From the NCBI GenBank assembly GCA_051251855.1, contig JBPOGI010000003.1, positions 352,001 to 416,000 of the forward strand: 64,000 bases of DNA. Reading direction: 5' to 3'. The stretch comes from Roseibacillus sp. Its GTDB lineage: Bacteria; Verrucomicrobiota; Verrucomicrobiia; Verrucomicrobiales; Akkermansiaceae. A program made the translations under genes and the position numbers. A model generated the notes under the pieces. The model searched no databases. It had not been told where the DNA came from and saw only the letters and a list, made by a program, of their open reading frames with translations. Shown one piece after another: positions 20,201-30,401 of the stretch (positions within the stretch are counted from its first letter, which is position 1; each line of letters opens with the position of its first letter).

Positions 20201-22747
20201 GACGTCGATGAGGGGTTGGAGGAGCTTGCAAGCTTTGGTGAGGAGGGTTTCTTCTTTTTTTACGCCCGCTTGGGGGATCGCTTCGGTGGCGACGGTGATG
20301 AATTCTTCAATGGTGAAGTTGAGAATGTCGGAGATGTGGTGGTCGCTGTATTTGTATTCGAGGGCGGACTGATTGTAGCGTTTGCCTTCGCACTCGGGGC
20401 AGGTGAGGTAGAGGTCGGAGAGGAACTGCATCTCGACTTTCTCGAAGCCGTTGCCGAGGCAGCGTTCGCAGCGTCCAGCTCCGGAGTTGAAGGAGAAGAA
20501 GCCGGGCTTGAGGCCGGCGGCTTTGGCGTCGGGAGTGAGGGTGAAGAGTTGGCGAATGGCCTCGAAGGCTCCGAGGTAGACAGCGGGGGTGGACTTGGGG
20601 GTTTTGGCGAGAGGGGTTTGGTCGACCAGTTGAACCGAGTGGATGCTATTCTTGGGAAGTTTGAGACCGCGGATGGGAGCAGGCTCTTCGCTGACTTCTT
20701 GGCCGAGTTCTTTGCAAAGATTGAGATAGAGGGCGTCGTGGGCGAGGGTGGATTTTCCGCTGCCGGAAACACCGGTGAGGCAGGTGAAGAGATTGAGAGG
20801 GAGTTCGAAGTCAACGTCGTGAAGGTTGTTCTTGTTGACGCCAGTGAGGGTGAGGGTCTTCTTGGGTGTGCGACGTTGTTTGGGGAGAGGGATGACCTTG
20901 TCACCGTTCAGGTAGGGGAGGGTGATGGAGGTCTTGTTTTTGCCGTGTGGCTTGCCTTGGTAGATGAGGTCGCCACCGTGTTGGCCGGAGCGGGGTCCGA
21001 TGTCTAACAGGTTGTCGGCGGCCTTCATGACCGCTTCGTCGTGCTCGACGACGAGGAGAGTGTTGCCCTTGTCGCGGAGGTCGTGCATGACGCCGATGAG
21101 GGCTTCGATGTCGCGCGGGTGGAGGCCGACGGTGGGTTCGTCGAGGACGAAGAGAGTTTGAGAGAGACTGGTGCCGAGGCAGGTGGTGAGGTTGACGCGG
21201 GCGATTTCGCCTCCGCTGAGAGTGCGGGCCGGGCGGTCGAGGGTGAGGTAAGAGAGTCCGACCTGCTGCAGGTATCCGAGGCGCGAAGAAATCTCGGTGA
21301 GGATGAGTTCGAGGGTTTTGTCGCTTTTGAGTTTTTCAGTGTTCAGTTTGTCAGTTTGCAGTGCCTTTACGAACTCTGCGAGTTCCTCCACTGGGAGGCG
21401 CCAGAGATCGGGGAGGGTTTTGCCGTTGATTTTGAAGGCGAGGGCTTCGGGGCGGAGGCGTCGTCCGCGACAGGAGCCGCACTCGGTGTAGCTGCGGTAG
21501 CGGGCGAGAAAGATGCGGACGTGCATCTTGTAGGCTTTCGTTTCCATCCAGTCGAAGAACCCTTTGACGCCATACCACTTGCCGTCTTGCCAGAGGTCTT
21601 CGGCCTTGGTTTGGCCGTTGCCTTCGCCGTAGAGGAGCCAGTCCTGTTGGTCAGGGGTGAGGTCGCGATAGGGGTCGTTGAGATCGATGCCGACTTCGGG
21701 GGCGAAGCGTTCGAGGTCGGACTGGCATTCTTCGCCGCGCTCGCCTTGGAAGGGTTTCACGCAGCCGTCCAAGATGGAGAGGGAAGGGTTGGGGACGGCT
21801 TTTTTGAGGTCGATGCCAATGACGCGGCCAAAGCCTCGGCAGTCGGGGCAGGCGCCGAGGGGGTTGTTGAAGGTGAAGAGGGCGGAGGTGGGTTTTTGGA
21901 GGGGAGCCCAGGAGGTGTTGAAGGAGTGGGTTTTAGCTTTGTCGGTGGTGGAGATGGTGGCTTCGCCTTTGCCGAGGCGGAGGGCGGCTTCGAAGGCTTC
22001 GAAGAGGCGCGAGCGATTGCGGGTGGTGGCTTTGACGCGGTCTTGGACGACTTGGATTTGTGATTTGAAATCTGAGATTTGGAATTCGGCGGGGTCGTCG
22101 GTGCGTTGGACTTCGCCGTTGGGGAGAAGGATGCGGAGGTAGCCTTGGGCTTGGAGGAAGGGGAAGAGGTCTTCGCTTTGGGTCTCGGCGGGGAGGGAGA
22201 CAGGGAAGGTGATGAGGACGGGTTGGTCAGTGAAATTTTCGAGGGTCCAGGTGGTGGCGCTGGTGGGGGTGTCGGGGGCGATTTCTTCGCCGGTGCGCGG
22301 GTGGTAGCCTTTGGCGAGGCGAGGGTAGAGGAGCTTGAGGTAGTCGTTGACTTCGGTGAGGGTGCCGACGGTGGAGCGGGTGGTGCGAATCTGGTTCTTT
22401 TGCTCAATGGCAATGGCAGGGGGAATGTGATCGATGCGATCAACGGCGGGCTTGTCCATGCGATCGAAGAACTGCCGCACATAGGGAGAGAAGGTCTCGA
22501 CGTAGCGCCGTTGGCCTTCGGCGTAGAGAGTGTGGAAGGCGAGGGAGGATTTTCCGGAGCCCGAGGGGCCGGTGACGACGGTGAGTTTGCCGAGGGGAAT
22601 ATCGACGTCAAATCCCTTCAGATTGTGCTGGCGTGCACCACGTACTTGAATCGCATTGGGACGCGATTGTTCTTTGGTCGTTTGCTTACGAGCCGCCTTT
22701 TTGGCAGCCTTTTTTGTGGTCTTGCGAGCGCTCTTTTTGGGTGGCAC
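17219..22747 (-). CDS. uvrA: Excinuclease ABC subunit A, double-length (tandemly duplicated) form
   Basis: Two full UvrA units: [16 protein letters not shown] starts, four Walker A motifs ([32 protein letters not shown]), four LSGGE signatures, CxxC zinc modules. GTG start. Confidence 0.96.
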   Translation of the reverse strand: MPPKKSARKTTKKAAKKAARKQTTKEQSRPNAIQVRGARQHNLKGFDVDIPLGKLTVVTGPSGSGKSSLAFHTLYAEGQRRYVETFSPYVRQFFDRMDKPAVDRIDHIPPAIAIEQKNQIRTTRSTVGTLTEVNDYLKLLYPRLAKGYHPRTGEEIAPDTPTSATTWTLENFTDQPVLITFPVSLPAETQSEDLFPFLQAQGYLRILLPNGEVQRTDDPAEFQISDFKSQIQVVQDRVKATTRNRSRLFEAFEAALRLGKGEATISTTDKAKTHSFNTSWAPLQKPTSALFTFNNPLGACPDCRGFGRVIGIDLKKAVPNPSLSILDGCVKPFQGERGEECQSDLERFAPEVGIDLNDPYRDLTPDQQDWLLYGEGNGQTKAEDLWQDGKWYGVKGFFDWMETKAYKMHVRIFLARYRSYTECGSCRGRRLRPEALAFKINGKTLPDLWRLPVEELAEFVKALQTDKLNTEKLKSDKTLELILTEISSRLGYLQQVGLSYLTLDRPARTLSGGEIARVNLTTCLGTSLSQTLFVLDEPTVGLHPRDIEALIGVMHDLRDKGNTLLVVEHDEAVMKAADNLLDIGPRSGQHGGDLIYQGKPHGKNKTSITLPYLNGDKVIPLPKQRRTPKKTLTLTGVNKNNLHDVDFELPLNLFTCLTGVSGSGKSTLAHDALYLNLCKELGQEVSEEPAPIRGLKLPKNSIHSVQLVDQTPLAKTPKSTPAVYLGAFEAIRQLFTLTPDAKAAGLKPGFFSFNSGAGRCERCLGNGFEKVEMQFLSDLYLTCPECEGKRYNQSALEYKYSDHHISDILNFTIEEFITVATEAIPQAGVKKEETLLTKACKLLQPLIDVGLGYLRLGQPLNTLSGGESQRLKLCQLLGTNTNDASSLLILDEPTTGLHFADIERLLIIFQRLVDSGHTLLVIEHNLDVIKSADHLIDLGPAAGVHGGEIVATGTPEEVAKSKTFTGEFLAPLVSKKLKTKNLKTKVAAKKAAKVKNVISIHGARHHNLKNITLEIPRDEMVVVTGLSGSGKSTLAFDLVFAEGQRRFLDSMSPYARQFAEQLEKPDVDKISGLPPTVAIEQRVSRGGGKSTVATITELYHFLRLLFAKVGIQHCPESGEPVISQTEDTILQTLKAEAKKGPITLLAPIIRGRKGYHTDVAAWAGRQGYTQLLVDKQFKDVEGFQRLERFVEHDIDAVIGEIKLNTEKLHTSKLLSEALKVGKGTCRLLTSDKKIVPLSTARVSAATGRSFEEPDPSHFSFNSPRGWCKSCRGYGHIATKRDRIDTSAFNSVSEAEIDYDRKLDKADVTELIICPDCYGTRLNESARHVYLEGALSLPALTSLSVVDARETIEHLTFTGRDKLIARDILPELTQRLHFLDEVGLGYLSLDRSANTLSGGEAQRIRLAAQLGSNLRGVLYVLDEPTIGLHPRDNVKLLDTLRTLQQKGNSLLIVEHDEETMDRADTQIHLGPGAGRLGGEIVAADCISLDPFLKPPRRKVPAKNSRTGWLKLKGCTQNNLKNIDAAIPLGRLTVLTGVSGCGKSSLMRGTIKPAFDSLSKSNIEKTWKSISGFQSLKACYEVDQTPIGKTSRSCPATYVKLFDEIRKLFALLPEARMRGFDQGRFSFNNKEGQCPDCKGNGRIKLEMDFLPATWIDCDGCEGDRYNPATLEVTYNGRNIGEVLRMTIADAAEFFSAVPKLSKTLSLLADTGLGYLQLGQPSPTLSGGEAQRIKLVSQLIKGRSPKAALSGMKIANLYLIEEPSIGLHAQDVAKLIDVLHRLVEEGHTVIVIEHHMDLAAQADYILDIGPEAGANGGTIVAAGTPEQIAKAKPSQTAPFLRPTLD
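19110..19146. repeat. In-frame 8/7-nt periodic tract in uvrA
   Basis: AGTTTGCT AGTGTGC AGTTTTTC AGTGTTC AGTTTGA; encodes [12 protein letters not shown]. Confidence 0.75.
19796..19825. repeat. In-frame 7/8-nt periodic tract in the uvrA inter-unit linker
   Basis: AGTTTTT AGGTTTTT AGTTTTT AGTTTTTT; encodes [10 protein letters not shown]. Confidence 0.75.
21330..21365. repeat. In-frame 8/7-nt periodic tract in uvrA
   Basis: AGTTTTTC AGTGTTC AGTTTGTC AGTTTGC AGTGCC; 21330-21350 is identical to 19125-19145; encodes [11 protein letters not shown]. Confidence 0.75.
22052..22084. repeat. In-frame heptamer tract in uvrA
   Basis: TTGGA TTTGTGA TTTGAAA TCTGAGA TTTGGAA; encodes [11 protein letters not shown]. 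Confidence 0.7.
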
Positions 22748-22816
22748 GTCGCTAAGCTAGCGAGGGTCGAACTTTTTGCTAGGGAAAGAGGCTTGAAAGA
22801 AGAGGGAGGGGAGAAA

Positions 22817-25108
22817 TTACTTTCTCACGAGCCTACTCGTTACTCCGTTATGTCTTGAGAGAAGAAGGGTTTTGGAATCCTCCATTTCAATTTTCCAAGC
22901 GACTCCGTTGTTCCAAGTGATGAGGTAACCGTCTTCCGTTTTTTGCCATTGCCCATTTTTGTTCCCCTTTCCATTATTGACGCTCTTGTCGGAGTTAAAG
23001 GTGAAGACAATATCGTTAGTTGGATTTTCGAAGACCCATTCTCCAACGACAGGTTCTGTCACGAGAGGGGTTGTGCGGTCAAAGTAGAAGAGATCCCCTT
23101 TTTTGTATTTCACGAGAATTCGGTTGGGATCATCAGAGGTGAGAGTGACGAGATCCTGTTTGTCTCCTCCCCAGTCGGCGACGACCTGTTCTCCTTCGAC
23201 TCTCCAAGTTCCCGTCTTTCTGGGTTTCTTGGCTTCGGCAGTGCCGTTATCATGAAAGATAAAGAGGGTGTCGGTGCTTTCTGACTTCCATTCTCCGACA
23301 ACGAGCTTGTCGGCGGACATGTGGGCGGGGTCGCTATTGAGTCCTTCTGGAAGAGGGTCTTCTCCTTTGACGATTTTCAGAAAATAATCGGAGGAGTCGC
23401 GCGCTTTCGTGGCTTCTGTTAGGAGGATCCCGGCGTCAAAGTCATTGCCTTCACCCTTCAAGGTCTCGGCCTGTTTTTCAACTCCATTGGCATAGACCTC
23501 GGCGAGAGGTTGGAGGTTTTTCGTTAGCTCTTTATCGATTTCAGCTTGCTCGGCCAAGGCTTCGCGAAGTTCTTTCTCGACCACTTCGCCGCTGCTGAAA
23601 TAGGACAGTGCGGTGAAGGCTCCGGGTGTGGCTGAGACCAAAGTCGTGGGGAGTCGTCCCTCTTGGCGGTATTTTTCGATAGCGGCTTCCAGATTCTCTT
23701 TGCGCGCACGTTCGTCATCTCTTGTGAGGTATTCCTGATCGCGGAGGATGGACTTTCCTTCGCGCTCCAAGCTCTCGATATTTTTGACGAGGTCCTCGTG
23801 ATATTCGGTGAGAATTTTTTCGCCCTTTTCGGAGCAAAAGTCTCGGCCACGCTTGAGGAAGGTGAGGTGGTCGAAGGTGGAGACGGGTTGAGCTGGAATG
23901 ATGGTGGTGTCAGGGACGATAGGATCGCTTTTTTCCACCATGGCTACGGATTCTTCCTCGGGAAGTTCTTCCGGCTCTTCGTTCTCTTCTGGAGTGATGA
24001 CTTCGGTCATTTCCTGCACGGGCTCTTTAACTGGTGTCGGCTCGACTTCGGGTGGGGTGGGCTCTTCCTCTGAAGGAGTGTTTGCCACTGCGTTCGGATC
24101 TTCGTGAGGGAGGGCCTCGGCAGTTCCGATGGGGGGTTCTTCTGGTTGGTCCTTCTTTTCGTCTGACTTCAGGAAGAAGAAGCCTCCTCCTAGGATGAGG
24201 AGAGCTGCGAGAGCACCAATGACGGGGCCGAGGCTGCTTTTCTTAGCTGAAGCAAGCTGTGTAGGGGGGCGATGAGGGGTGGAGGCGCTGGCAGTGGCGA
24301 CCTTACTGGCGGGAGCCTTGCGAAGGGCTTCGAGTTCGGTGGCGAGTTCGGCTGCGGTTTGATGCCGGTCGTTGGGGTCGGGCTGGAGGGCCTTTGCCAA
24401 GAGGACGTCGTATCGGCGGTCACAATTGGCGAGAGCGGAAGGGTGCTGATAGGGATTGTCGGGAAGTTGGCCGGTGAGAAGTTGGTAGAGAATGACGGCG
24501 GCGGCATAGACGTCGCTGCGAGCATCGGGATTGCCTTCATAAACCTCGGGTGCGGCATAGCCGGGGGTGCCGTAGATGAGGCCGTCGTCGCTGTCCTCAG
24601 TGGTTGCCATGGCGAGGCCGAAGTCACCGAGCTTGGGCTCAGCATGATGAGGATCCATGAGGATGTTGGCGGGCTTGACGTCGCGATGCAGGATGTCGTG
24701 CTCGTGTGCATGGTGGAGACCGTTGCAGGTCTCCAATACGATGCGGGCGGCTTCGGATGGATCGATTTGTAAGCCATAGGCGGAATCATGCAGCGGCTTT
24801 CCTGCCACATATTCCATCACGATGAAGGGCATGCCGTCGACTTCTCCAAAGTCGTAAACGCCGATCAGATTCGGGTGATTCAATTTGGCCATGGCCTTGG
24901 CTTCGGCAGCAAAGGATTTTCGAAATTCTTCATCAGCTCCAAACTCCCGAGGTAAAATTTTAATCGCCACTTGCCGTTCCAAGGAAGTCTGAGTGGCGAG
25001 GTAGACTGCTCCCATACCTCCTTGCGCGACAAACGCGTCGATGGAGTAGTTGGGGAATAAGGGAGCTAGCTCTTCTAAAGAAGGAGCTTGAAAGGCTTCA
25101 GGATTCAT
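22817..25108 (-). CDS. Membrane-anchored Hanks-type Ser/Thr protein kinase
   Basis: AQGGMGAVY, VAIK, HRDVKPAN, DFGLA and GTPGYAAPE motifs; single TM helix (VIGALAALLILGGGFFFL); extracytoplasmic C-terminus. ATG start at MNPEAF. Confidence 0.93.
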   Translation of the reverse strand: MNPEAFQAPSLEELAPLFPNYSIDAFVAQGGMGAVYLATQTSLERQVAIKILPREFGADEEFRKSFAAEAKAMAKLNHPNLIGVYDFGEVDGMPFIVMEYVAGKPLHDSAYGLQIDPSEAARIVLETCNGLHHAHEHDILHRDVKPANILMDPHHAEPKLGDFGLAMATTEDSDDGLIYGTPGYAAPEVYEGNPDARSDVYAAAVILYQLLTGQLPDNPYQHPSALANCDRRYDVLLAKALQPDPNDRHQTAAELATELEALRKAPASKVATASASTPHRPPTQLASAKKSSLGPVIGALAALLILGGGFFFLKSDEKKDQPEEPPIGTAEALPHEDPNAVANTPSEEEPTPPEVEPTPVKEPVQEMTEVITPEENEEPEELPEEESVAMVEKSDPIVPDTTIIPAQPVSTFDHLTFLKRGRDFCSEKGEKILTEYHEDLVKNIESLEREGKSILRDQEYLTRDDERARKENLEAAIEKYRQEGRLPTTLVSATPGAFTALSYFSSGEVVEKELREALAEQAEIDKELTKNLQPLAEVYANGVEKQAETLKGEGNDFDAGILLTEATKARDSSDYFLKIVKGEDPLPEGLNSDPAHMSADKLVVGEWKSESTDTLFIFHDNGTAEAKKPRKTGTWRVEGEQVVADWGGDKQDLVTLTSDDPNRILVKYKKGDLFYFDRTTPLVTEPVVGEWVFENPTNDIVFTFNSDKSVNNGKGNKNGQWQKTEDGYLITWNNGVAWKIEMEDSKTLLLSRHNGVTSRLVRK

Positions 25109-25260
25109 TGGTCGAAAGAAAAGAGATTGGAAGGCCGAGCAAACGGGAGAATAGGATATTAGCAACAACTATGCAGTTGAATAATCAGGTAATTCAGAAT
25201 GGTTTTTCAAAAACTTTGAACGGAAAGGGAGGTTGTTAGTCTACCTTGGTAAGCGTTCCA

Positions 25261-26076
25261 ATGTTTTTGATTAAAAAGAGCCTCAAATTAAGTGCCACCT
25301 GTTTATTCGGGTTATGGGCTCTTTGCAGCTGCCAGGTAAGCCAAGAATGGGCTCCCAGCAGAATTGTCCAAAATTTTCCCATGAACCACGCTCCGTCGCG
25401 ACCGGCCCAATTCCGTCCCGTTGCCTATCCAGTTCCAGCACCCAGTCGGGTGTCGGTCGCGACGATGGAGCGTCCTTCTATTCTAGGAGTGCCTATTCCG
25501 ACCTTTGGGTTGAATAAGCAATCGACAGCTATTCGTGACTCTCGGCCTTCGTGGCCCGAGCCGGTGGCAGCCTATCCAGTTACTCAGCCGGTCCCTACCG
25601 TTCCAGTGGTCCAGCCGGCCAGTGTCCCAGCGCCACGCGCCCCGATTACCCGTTCTTTTGCCCCCAAGGGCAAAGTGCGTTTGGTAAACGGCTTGGCGGT
25701 GGCCCCGCCCGATGCCCCTCCAGTGGTTCATCGGGCGGTCGCGGCCGGGAATCGTCTGCAGAAGATGCCTTACAAGTGGGGCGGCGGGCATGCGAAATTG
25801 AACGACGATGGTTACGATTGCTCGGGCACGGTGAGTTATGTGTTGAGGGAGTCGGGCCTGATGAAGGATCAAATGACTTCGCGTGGATTCTTTAACTACG
25901 GAGAGTCAGGAAAAGGGGAATGGATCACGGTGTGGGTTCGCGATGGCCATGTCTTTATGATTATTGGCGATTTGCGTCTCGATACGGGTGGTTCTTCAAC
26001 GAGAACGGGTCCTCGTTGGAAAACGAAGAGTCGCAGTTACAAGGGCTTGGTCCCTCGCCATCCGGCAGGGCTGTAA
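25261..26076 (+). CDS. NlpC/P60-like peptidoglycan endopeptidase, probable lipoprotein
   Basis: Lipobox-like LCSC, Pro-rich linker, PYKWGGGH...YDCSGTVS...GHVFM catalytic Cys/His motifs. Confidence 0.8.
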   Translation: MFLIKKSLKLSATCLFGLWALCSCQVSQEWAPSRIVQNFPMNHAPSRPAQFRPVAYPVPAPSRVSVATMERPSILGVPIPTFGLNKQSTAIRDSRPSWPEPVAAYPVTQPVPTVPVVQPASVPAPRAPITRSFAPKGKVRLVNGLAVAPPDAPPVVHRAVAAGNRLQKMPYKWGGGHAKLNDDGYDCSGTVSYVLRESGLMKDQMTSRGFFNYGESGKGEWITVWVRDGHVFMIIGDLRLDTGGSSTRTGPRWKTKSRSYKGLVPRHPAGL

Positions 26077-26169
26077 GAGACTTGTTCGATGAGCGCATCC
26101 GGTAAATTTCGGCTGCTGGACGATGAGTGGTCAAAACGGACCGATGGTGCACGACTGAAGTCGATCCTC

Positions 26170-26724
26170 CTAGTCGAGTTTACGAATGCGAATGTTCCGG
26201 AAGGCGATGAGGCCTTTGTTCTTTTGGAGGCCAATGTAGCCTGCCGGGAGCGCGGGAGTGGCGACGTATTCGTAGAGTTTCTTTCCGTCTAAAGTCACGG
26301 AAACGGTGCCTTGACTGACTTTCAGTTGGTAGGTGCGCCACTCATCCTTTTCGCCGAGGCCTTCCACTTTCACATGCTTGACGACACTGCCGGTGGGGAA
26401 AGGGTTGGTGGGGTCGGCGATGTTGATTTCGTAGCAGTCAATGGCCTCATCCTTGACCTTGGCTTTGGTGTTAAGAAAGACTCCGCTGTTGGTGCCGATG
26501 GCGGCCTTGAACTCGAGCTCGAGCTCATAGTTTTCGTATTGTTCCGTGGTGGTGAGGAGTGAGACCTTGCCTGAGTCGGCGGTGATCGTTCCATCGGTGA
26601 CGGTCCAATTGGCATCTCCTCGATTGACCCAGCCACTGAGGGTTTTGCCATCGAAGAGCTGGACCCAGTCTTCGGCGAGGGTGAAAGGAGTGAGGGCGAG
26701 GAGGAGAGAGAGTATCAACTTCAT
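26170..26724 (-). CDS. DUF1080 domain protein (3-keto-disaccharide hydrolase family)
   Basis: Signal peptide; WVQLFDGKTLSGW, NYELELEFK, NSGVF, YEINI, GYIGLQ and FRNIRIRKL. Confidence 0.9.
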   Translation of the reverse strand: MKLILSLLLALTPFTLAEDWVQLFDGKTLSGWVNRGDANWTVTDGTITADSGKVSLLTTTEQYENYELELEFKAAIGTNSGVFLNTKAKVKDEAIDCYEINIADPTNPFPTGSVVKHVKVEGLGEKDEWRTYQLKVSQGTVSVTLDGKKLYEYVATPALPAGYIGLQKNKGLIAFRNIRIRKLD

Positions 26725-26828
26725 AAGAAGCGAGTATTGAGAAAATGCTGGCGACAACAATCTCGAAGTTGAGGCAGCTCCCTTTTACTCGCTTCCGGCT
26801 ATGAGGTGAAAGGTGAGGTCCCGGCTTC

Positions 26829-27809
26829 TTAAAGAATCAGCATGCAGTCGCCATAGGAAAAGAAGCGGTAGCGCTCGGCGACGGCTTGGCGGTAGGCTTC
26901 CATGATGAGGTCGCGTCCGGCCATGGCAGAAACGAGCATCATGAGGGTGGACTCGGGAAGGTGAAAGTTGGTGAGGAGAGAATCGACGGCTTTGAGTTGA
27001 CGTGGAGGATAGATGAAAATATCGGTGGCACCAGTGGCTGGTTCGGGATAGTGGGCCTGAGCCTCAGCGAGATGTTCTAGGACCCGGGTGACAGTGGTGC
27101 CAACGGCGATGGTGCGGCCGGATTTTTCGCGGATTCGGGTGGCCGTTTTTTCCGAGAGATGGAAGCTCTCGGAGTGCATGTGGTGGTCGGTGACGAGCTC
27201 ACTTTTGACGGGGCGAAAGGTGCCAATGCCCACGTGAAGGGTGAGAAAGTCGTGGGGGATATTTTCTAACACTTCGGGCGTGAAGTGAAGGCCGGCGGTG
27301 GGGGCGGCGATGGCTCCGTCTTCTTTAGCGAAGGTGGTTTGGTAGCGGGTGTCGTCGAGCTTCTCGGGGTCGCGCTCCATGTAGTGGGGCAGGGCGAGAG
27401 CGCCGAGCTCGGGGTCGGGCATTTGGTCCCAGTCGATGATTCGATTACCGTCGTCATCAATCTCTAACACGGTTCCGGTGGCTTCGCCGATTTGGACGGT
27501 GCGTCCGGGTTTCATCTTTTTGCCCGGGCGGACCATGGAGCGCCAGCGAGTGTGCGAGATTTCCTCCACGCGCAGGAGTTCGACCTTTCCATCGTTAGAA
27601 AAGAAGCGGGCGGGGACGACTTTGGTATCGTTGAGGATGAGGAGGTCGTCGGGAGTGAGATAGCTGGGGAAGTCGCGAAACTGTTTGTGCTCGATGAGAC
27701 CGGTGTCGCGATGAATGACGAGCATACGGGAGGCAGCGCGGTCTTCGAGGGGATGGGACGCGATGAGTTCGGGTGGGAGCTCGTAGTGGAAGTCGGCCGT
27801 GCGCAACAT
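26829..27809 (-). CDS. queA: S-adenosylmethionine:tRNA ribosyltransferase-isomerase
   Basis: DFHYELPPELIA, NDTKVVPAR, RYQTTFA, AAPTAGLHFT, TLHVGIGTF, TNFHLPESTL, YRFFSYGDCMLI. Confidence 0.97.
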   Translation of the reverse strand: MLRTADFHYELPPELIASHPLEDRAASRMLVIHRDTGLIEHKQFRDFPSYLTPDDLLILNDTKVVPARFFSNDGKVELLRVEEISHTRWRSMVRPGKKMKPGRTVQIGEATGTVLEIDDDGNRIIDWDQMPDPELGALALPHYMERDPEKLDDTRYQTTFAKEDGAIAAPTAGLHFTPEVLENIPHDFLTLHVGIGTFRPVKSELVTDHHMHSESFHLSEKTATRIREKSGRTIAVGTTVTRVLEHLAEAQAHYPEPATGATDIFIYPPRQLKAVDSLLTNFHLPESTLMMLVSAMAGRDLIMEAYRQAVAERYRFFSYGDCMLIL

Positions 27810-27857
27810 GTGGAAACTGGTAGGTTGATTTCCCGTCGGGGCCAAGTCTTTACCTTC

Positions 27858-30350
27858 TTACTCGGGAACGACGCGGGCTTTAGGCGGAGGTTGGAAGAGG
27901 GGGGCTTTTTTCTCCTTTTTGGGGCGCGTGAAGGGGGTGTTTTCCCACTTGGGTTCAGCAACGGGTCCGGTGCCACGGAATTGGAAGAGGCCAGAGAATC
28001 CACTGAGATTGAGGGGGAGGGTGACGAGCTTGAGGATGCCTTCGGTGTCGGCACGGGCGGTCATATCGAGAGTTTTACGGGCGAGGTCGATGGAGCCTTC
28101 GGCTTTGACGGTGAGGGAATCGGTGGAGGTGATGAAGTCATCGGTGTAGAGAATGCCATTTTGAATGAGGAATTGGGCTGAGGCATCGCGAGCGGTCTCG
28201 TGCGAGGCGCGCTCGTGGCCTTGAATGCCGGCAATGAGGGGAGAGAGAGGACCGAAGACGGGAGCTTTGAAAAGTTCCCCTTGTTCGAGGCCAAAGTTGC
28301 CGGTGCCATCGAGAGTTTCAATTTTTCCAGCGGTTCCTGTGAAGTCGAGACGTCCAGTGACGAGGCCTTTTTCGATTTTATCGAAGCCGTAGTTTTCTCC
28401 GATCTTTGCGAGCCGAAGGCGGGTCCATCGCATTCCTCCTCGGAAGTCCGGGGGGAGGCCTTCGCGATTGGGTAAGAGGACAGAGAGTTCTCCATCGATA
28501 GGGCCAGAGAAGGCGTAGGAGGAGAGTTCGGTGACATCGATTTGACGATGATGGGTGTGAATGAGGGCCGAAGTCTCGCGGAATTCAACGGGCTTTCCAA
28601 GGAAGGTATAATAGAGAGGAGCAGGAGTGCTGATGCGGGTGTGGAAGGAAGTGCGGTCGCGGGCGGGACTGTGGTCGATGACTCCGGATGAGGAAAAGGC
28701 GGGGGCCTCGGAGGCGCGATAGGTGCGCTCCAGATAGCTGGCGACTTTGGGGATGAAGAGGCGAAGAACGGGTGCGGGCCAACAGACTCCGTGTAGGTGG
28801 TTCACTCGGGTGAGCTTTTCGGTATGATCGTAGCTGATGAGGTCGGCGCGAACGACCGCGCTTTCAGAACCACCGAATGCACGGAAGGAACGGTCGTTGG
28901 TGAGATCGAATTCGATCTCCGGCTTGGTGTAGATGGCTTGCAGGGGGGTGAGGTTAAAGCGAGCCGAGGCATAGTTGGCGGGGACTTCGTTGTAGGAAAA
29001 ATTTTCGAGCTCGATGTTTCCCGATGCGGTCCAGTCGGTGAGGTCGCTGGGTCGAATGCTGCCGACGAGGTTGAGAGTGACTTTGGAGTCGTCGCTGAAT
29101 TTAGCTCGGTCCAAGGTCTTGCGAATATTTCCATCGGGTTTGATGAAGGGATCGAAGAGTTGGGGGGGGAGGGTGGAGTGCGCTTGGTAGCGGATATTTT
29201 CGTTTTGGAAGAGGAGCTTACCGCTCAGAGTGCCTTCGGGGTGGGTGAGGAGGAGGTCTCGCAGGTAAAGGTTCCCCTCCTGCCAGGAGAAGTCCGAAGA
29301 GAGTGAGGACCAAGAGCCCTCGAGGAGGCGGAAGTCGCGCACGTCAAGATGACCGGTGAGGTTGAGCTCCGGTTTTTGGTCTTCAGGGAAGCGGAGTTTG
29401 CCTTGAGTGGTGATTTTTGGACTACTGGTGAAGCTGAGCATCTGCAGTTTATCAACATCAAGGCCGAGACGAAGGAGGCGCTCTAGGTTTGTATCAGAAG
29501 TAGCTTCGAAATTAGCGGTTCGACGATAGAAGTCGTAGTAACCATTTCCCGCGAATGCCCCTTCCTTATCTTGAAAGCTCATTTCCTCGAAAAGAAGTGA
29601 GGACTGATTGATGCGTCCGGTGAGAAGAAGGTTTTCCATCTCGTATTGCAGGCGAGTCACTTGGGGAGCCTGGAACTGAAATTGAGCGCTGAGAGTCCGT
29701 GCTCTTGCTAAACTTCCTTCTAATTGGAGAGAAAGCTTGGGAAGGAGAGTTTCAGAAGTGGACCATTTGCTCACCTCGTGATGGAGAAGGGCCAGAAAGT
29801 CTTCTAGAGGTTTGTTCCTATCCTTCTCGCCCTCATCGGACTCCGGGAGAGCGAAATCGTTGAGGACGGCATTCAGCACAAGATCCAATTGACCAAGGCG
29901 CCCAGTAGTCTCGGAGATCGTGAGGCAATTTTCGCGGCAAACGGTGGCCTTTCCAGTGAGGCCCGTGAGGTGATGGGGCGCGCAAATCTCGGGGAGACGG
30001 ACGAAAGCATTCTCAAAGCTGGCGGACCTGACATGCCATTGGCCACGAAGGGCGATGGAGCGGTCGATATCAAGGTAAAGACGGTCAGACGAAGCGAGGA
30101 GAGTGGTGCGGTCTTCGTCGGCAAAGATTTGGAGGTCTTTGGCGACGAGTCCTCGTGAGAAAGAAAGGCGAACTGAGGAGAACTCGGCGTGAAGTCCGTA
30201 GTAATCGAGCTGTTCTTGGAGCTGTTCGCCCCATTCTCCAGAGAAGCCGCGCTGGTTGACTTTCCACAAGATGGTTCCGCCGATCACAAGGGTCAGCAAA
30301 GCCAACCCGACGAAGCAGGATTGGCAATGACGGAACCACGGGCAGCGCAT
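27858..30350 (-). CDS. AsmA-like C-terminal region-containing membrane protein
   Basis: N-terminal TM anchor, long beta-rich body and AsmA_2-like C-terminus (FLIQNGILYTDDF...AEGSIDL...FRGTGPVAEPKW). Confidence 0.7.
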   Translation of the reverse strand: MRCPWFRHCQSCFVGLALLTLVIGGTILWKVNQRGFSGEWGEQLQEQLDYYGLHAEFSSVRLSFSRGLVAKDLQIFADEDRTTLLASSDRLYLDIDRSIALRGQWHVRSASFENAFVRLPEICAPHHLTGLTGKATVCRENCLTISETTGRLGQLDLVLNAVLNDFALPESDEGEKDRNKPLEDFLALLHHEVSKWSTSETLLPKLSLQLEGSLARARTLSAQFQFQAPQVTRLQYEMENLLLTGRINQSSLLFEEMSFQDKEGAFAGNGYYDFYRRTANFEATSDTNLERLLRLGLDVDKLQMLSFTSSPKITTQGKLRFPEDQKPELNLTGHLDVRDFRLLEGSWSSLSSDFSWQEGNLYLRDLLLTHPEGTLSGKLLFQNENIRYQAHSTLPPQLFDPFIKPDGNIRKTLDRAKFSDDSKVTLNLVGSIRPSDLTDWTASGNIELENFSYNEVPANYASARFNLTPLQAIYTKPEIEFDLTNDRSFRAFGGSESAVVRADLISYDHTEKLTRVNHLHGVCWPAPVLRLFIPKVASYLERTYRASEAPAFSSSGVIDHSPARDRTSFHTRISTPAPLYYTFLGKPVEFRETSALIHTHHRQIDVTELSSYAFSGPIDGELSVLLPNREGLPPDFRGGMRWTRLRLAKIGENYGFDKIEKGLVTGRLDFTGTAGKIETLDGTGNFGLEQGELFKAPVFGPLSPLIAGIQGHERASHETARDASAQFLIQNGILYTDDFITSTDSLTVKAEGSIDLARKTLDMTARADTEGILKLVTLPLNLSGFSGLFQFRGTGPVAEPKWENTPFTRPKKEKKAPLFQPPPKARVVPE

Positions 30351-30401
30351 GGCGATAAGATACCACGCTGTGAGACTCTTGCAAAGAAGGCAGGAAGCCT
30401 G

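Noticed and set aside
17252..22858. Long plus-strand ORFs opposite uvrA (and likewise opposite katG, moxR, batA, ychF, tkt and DUF1501)
   Set aside because: Antisense shadow ORFs caused by GC-rich codon bias; no recognisable motifs, and fully overlapped by well-supported genes.
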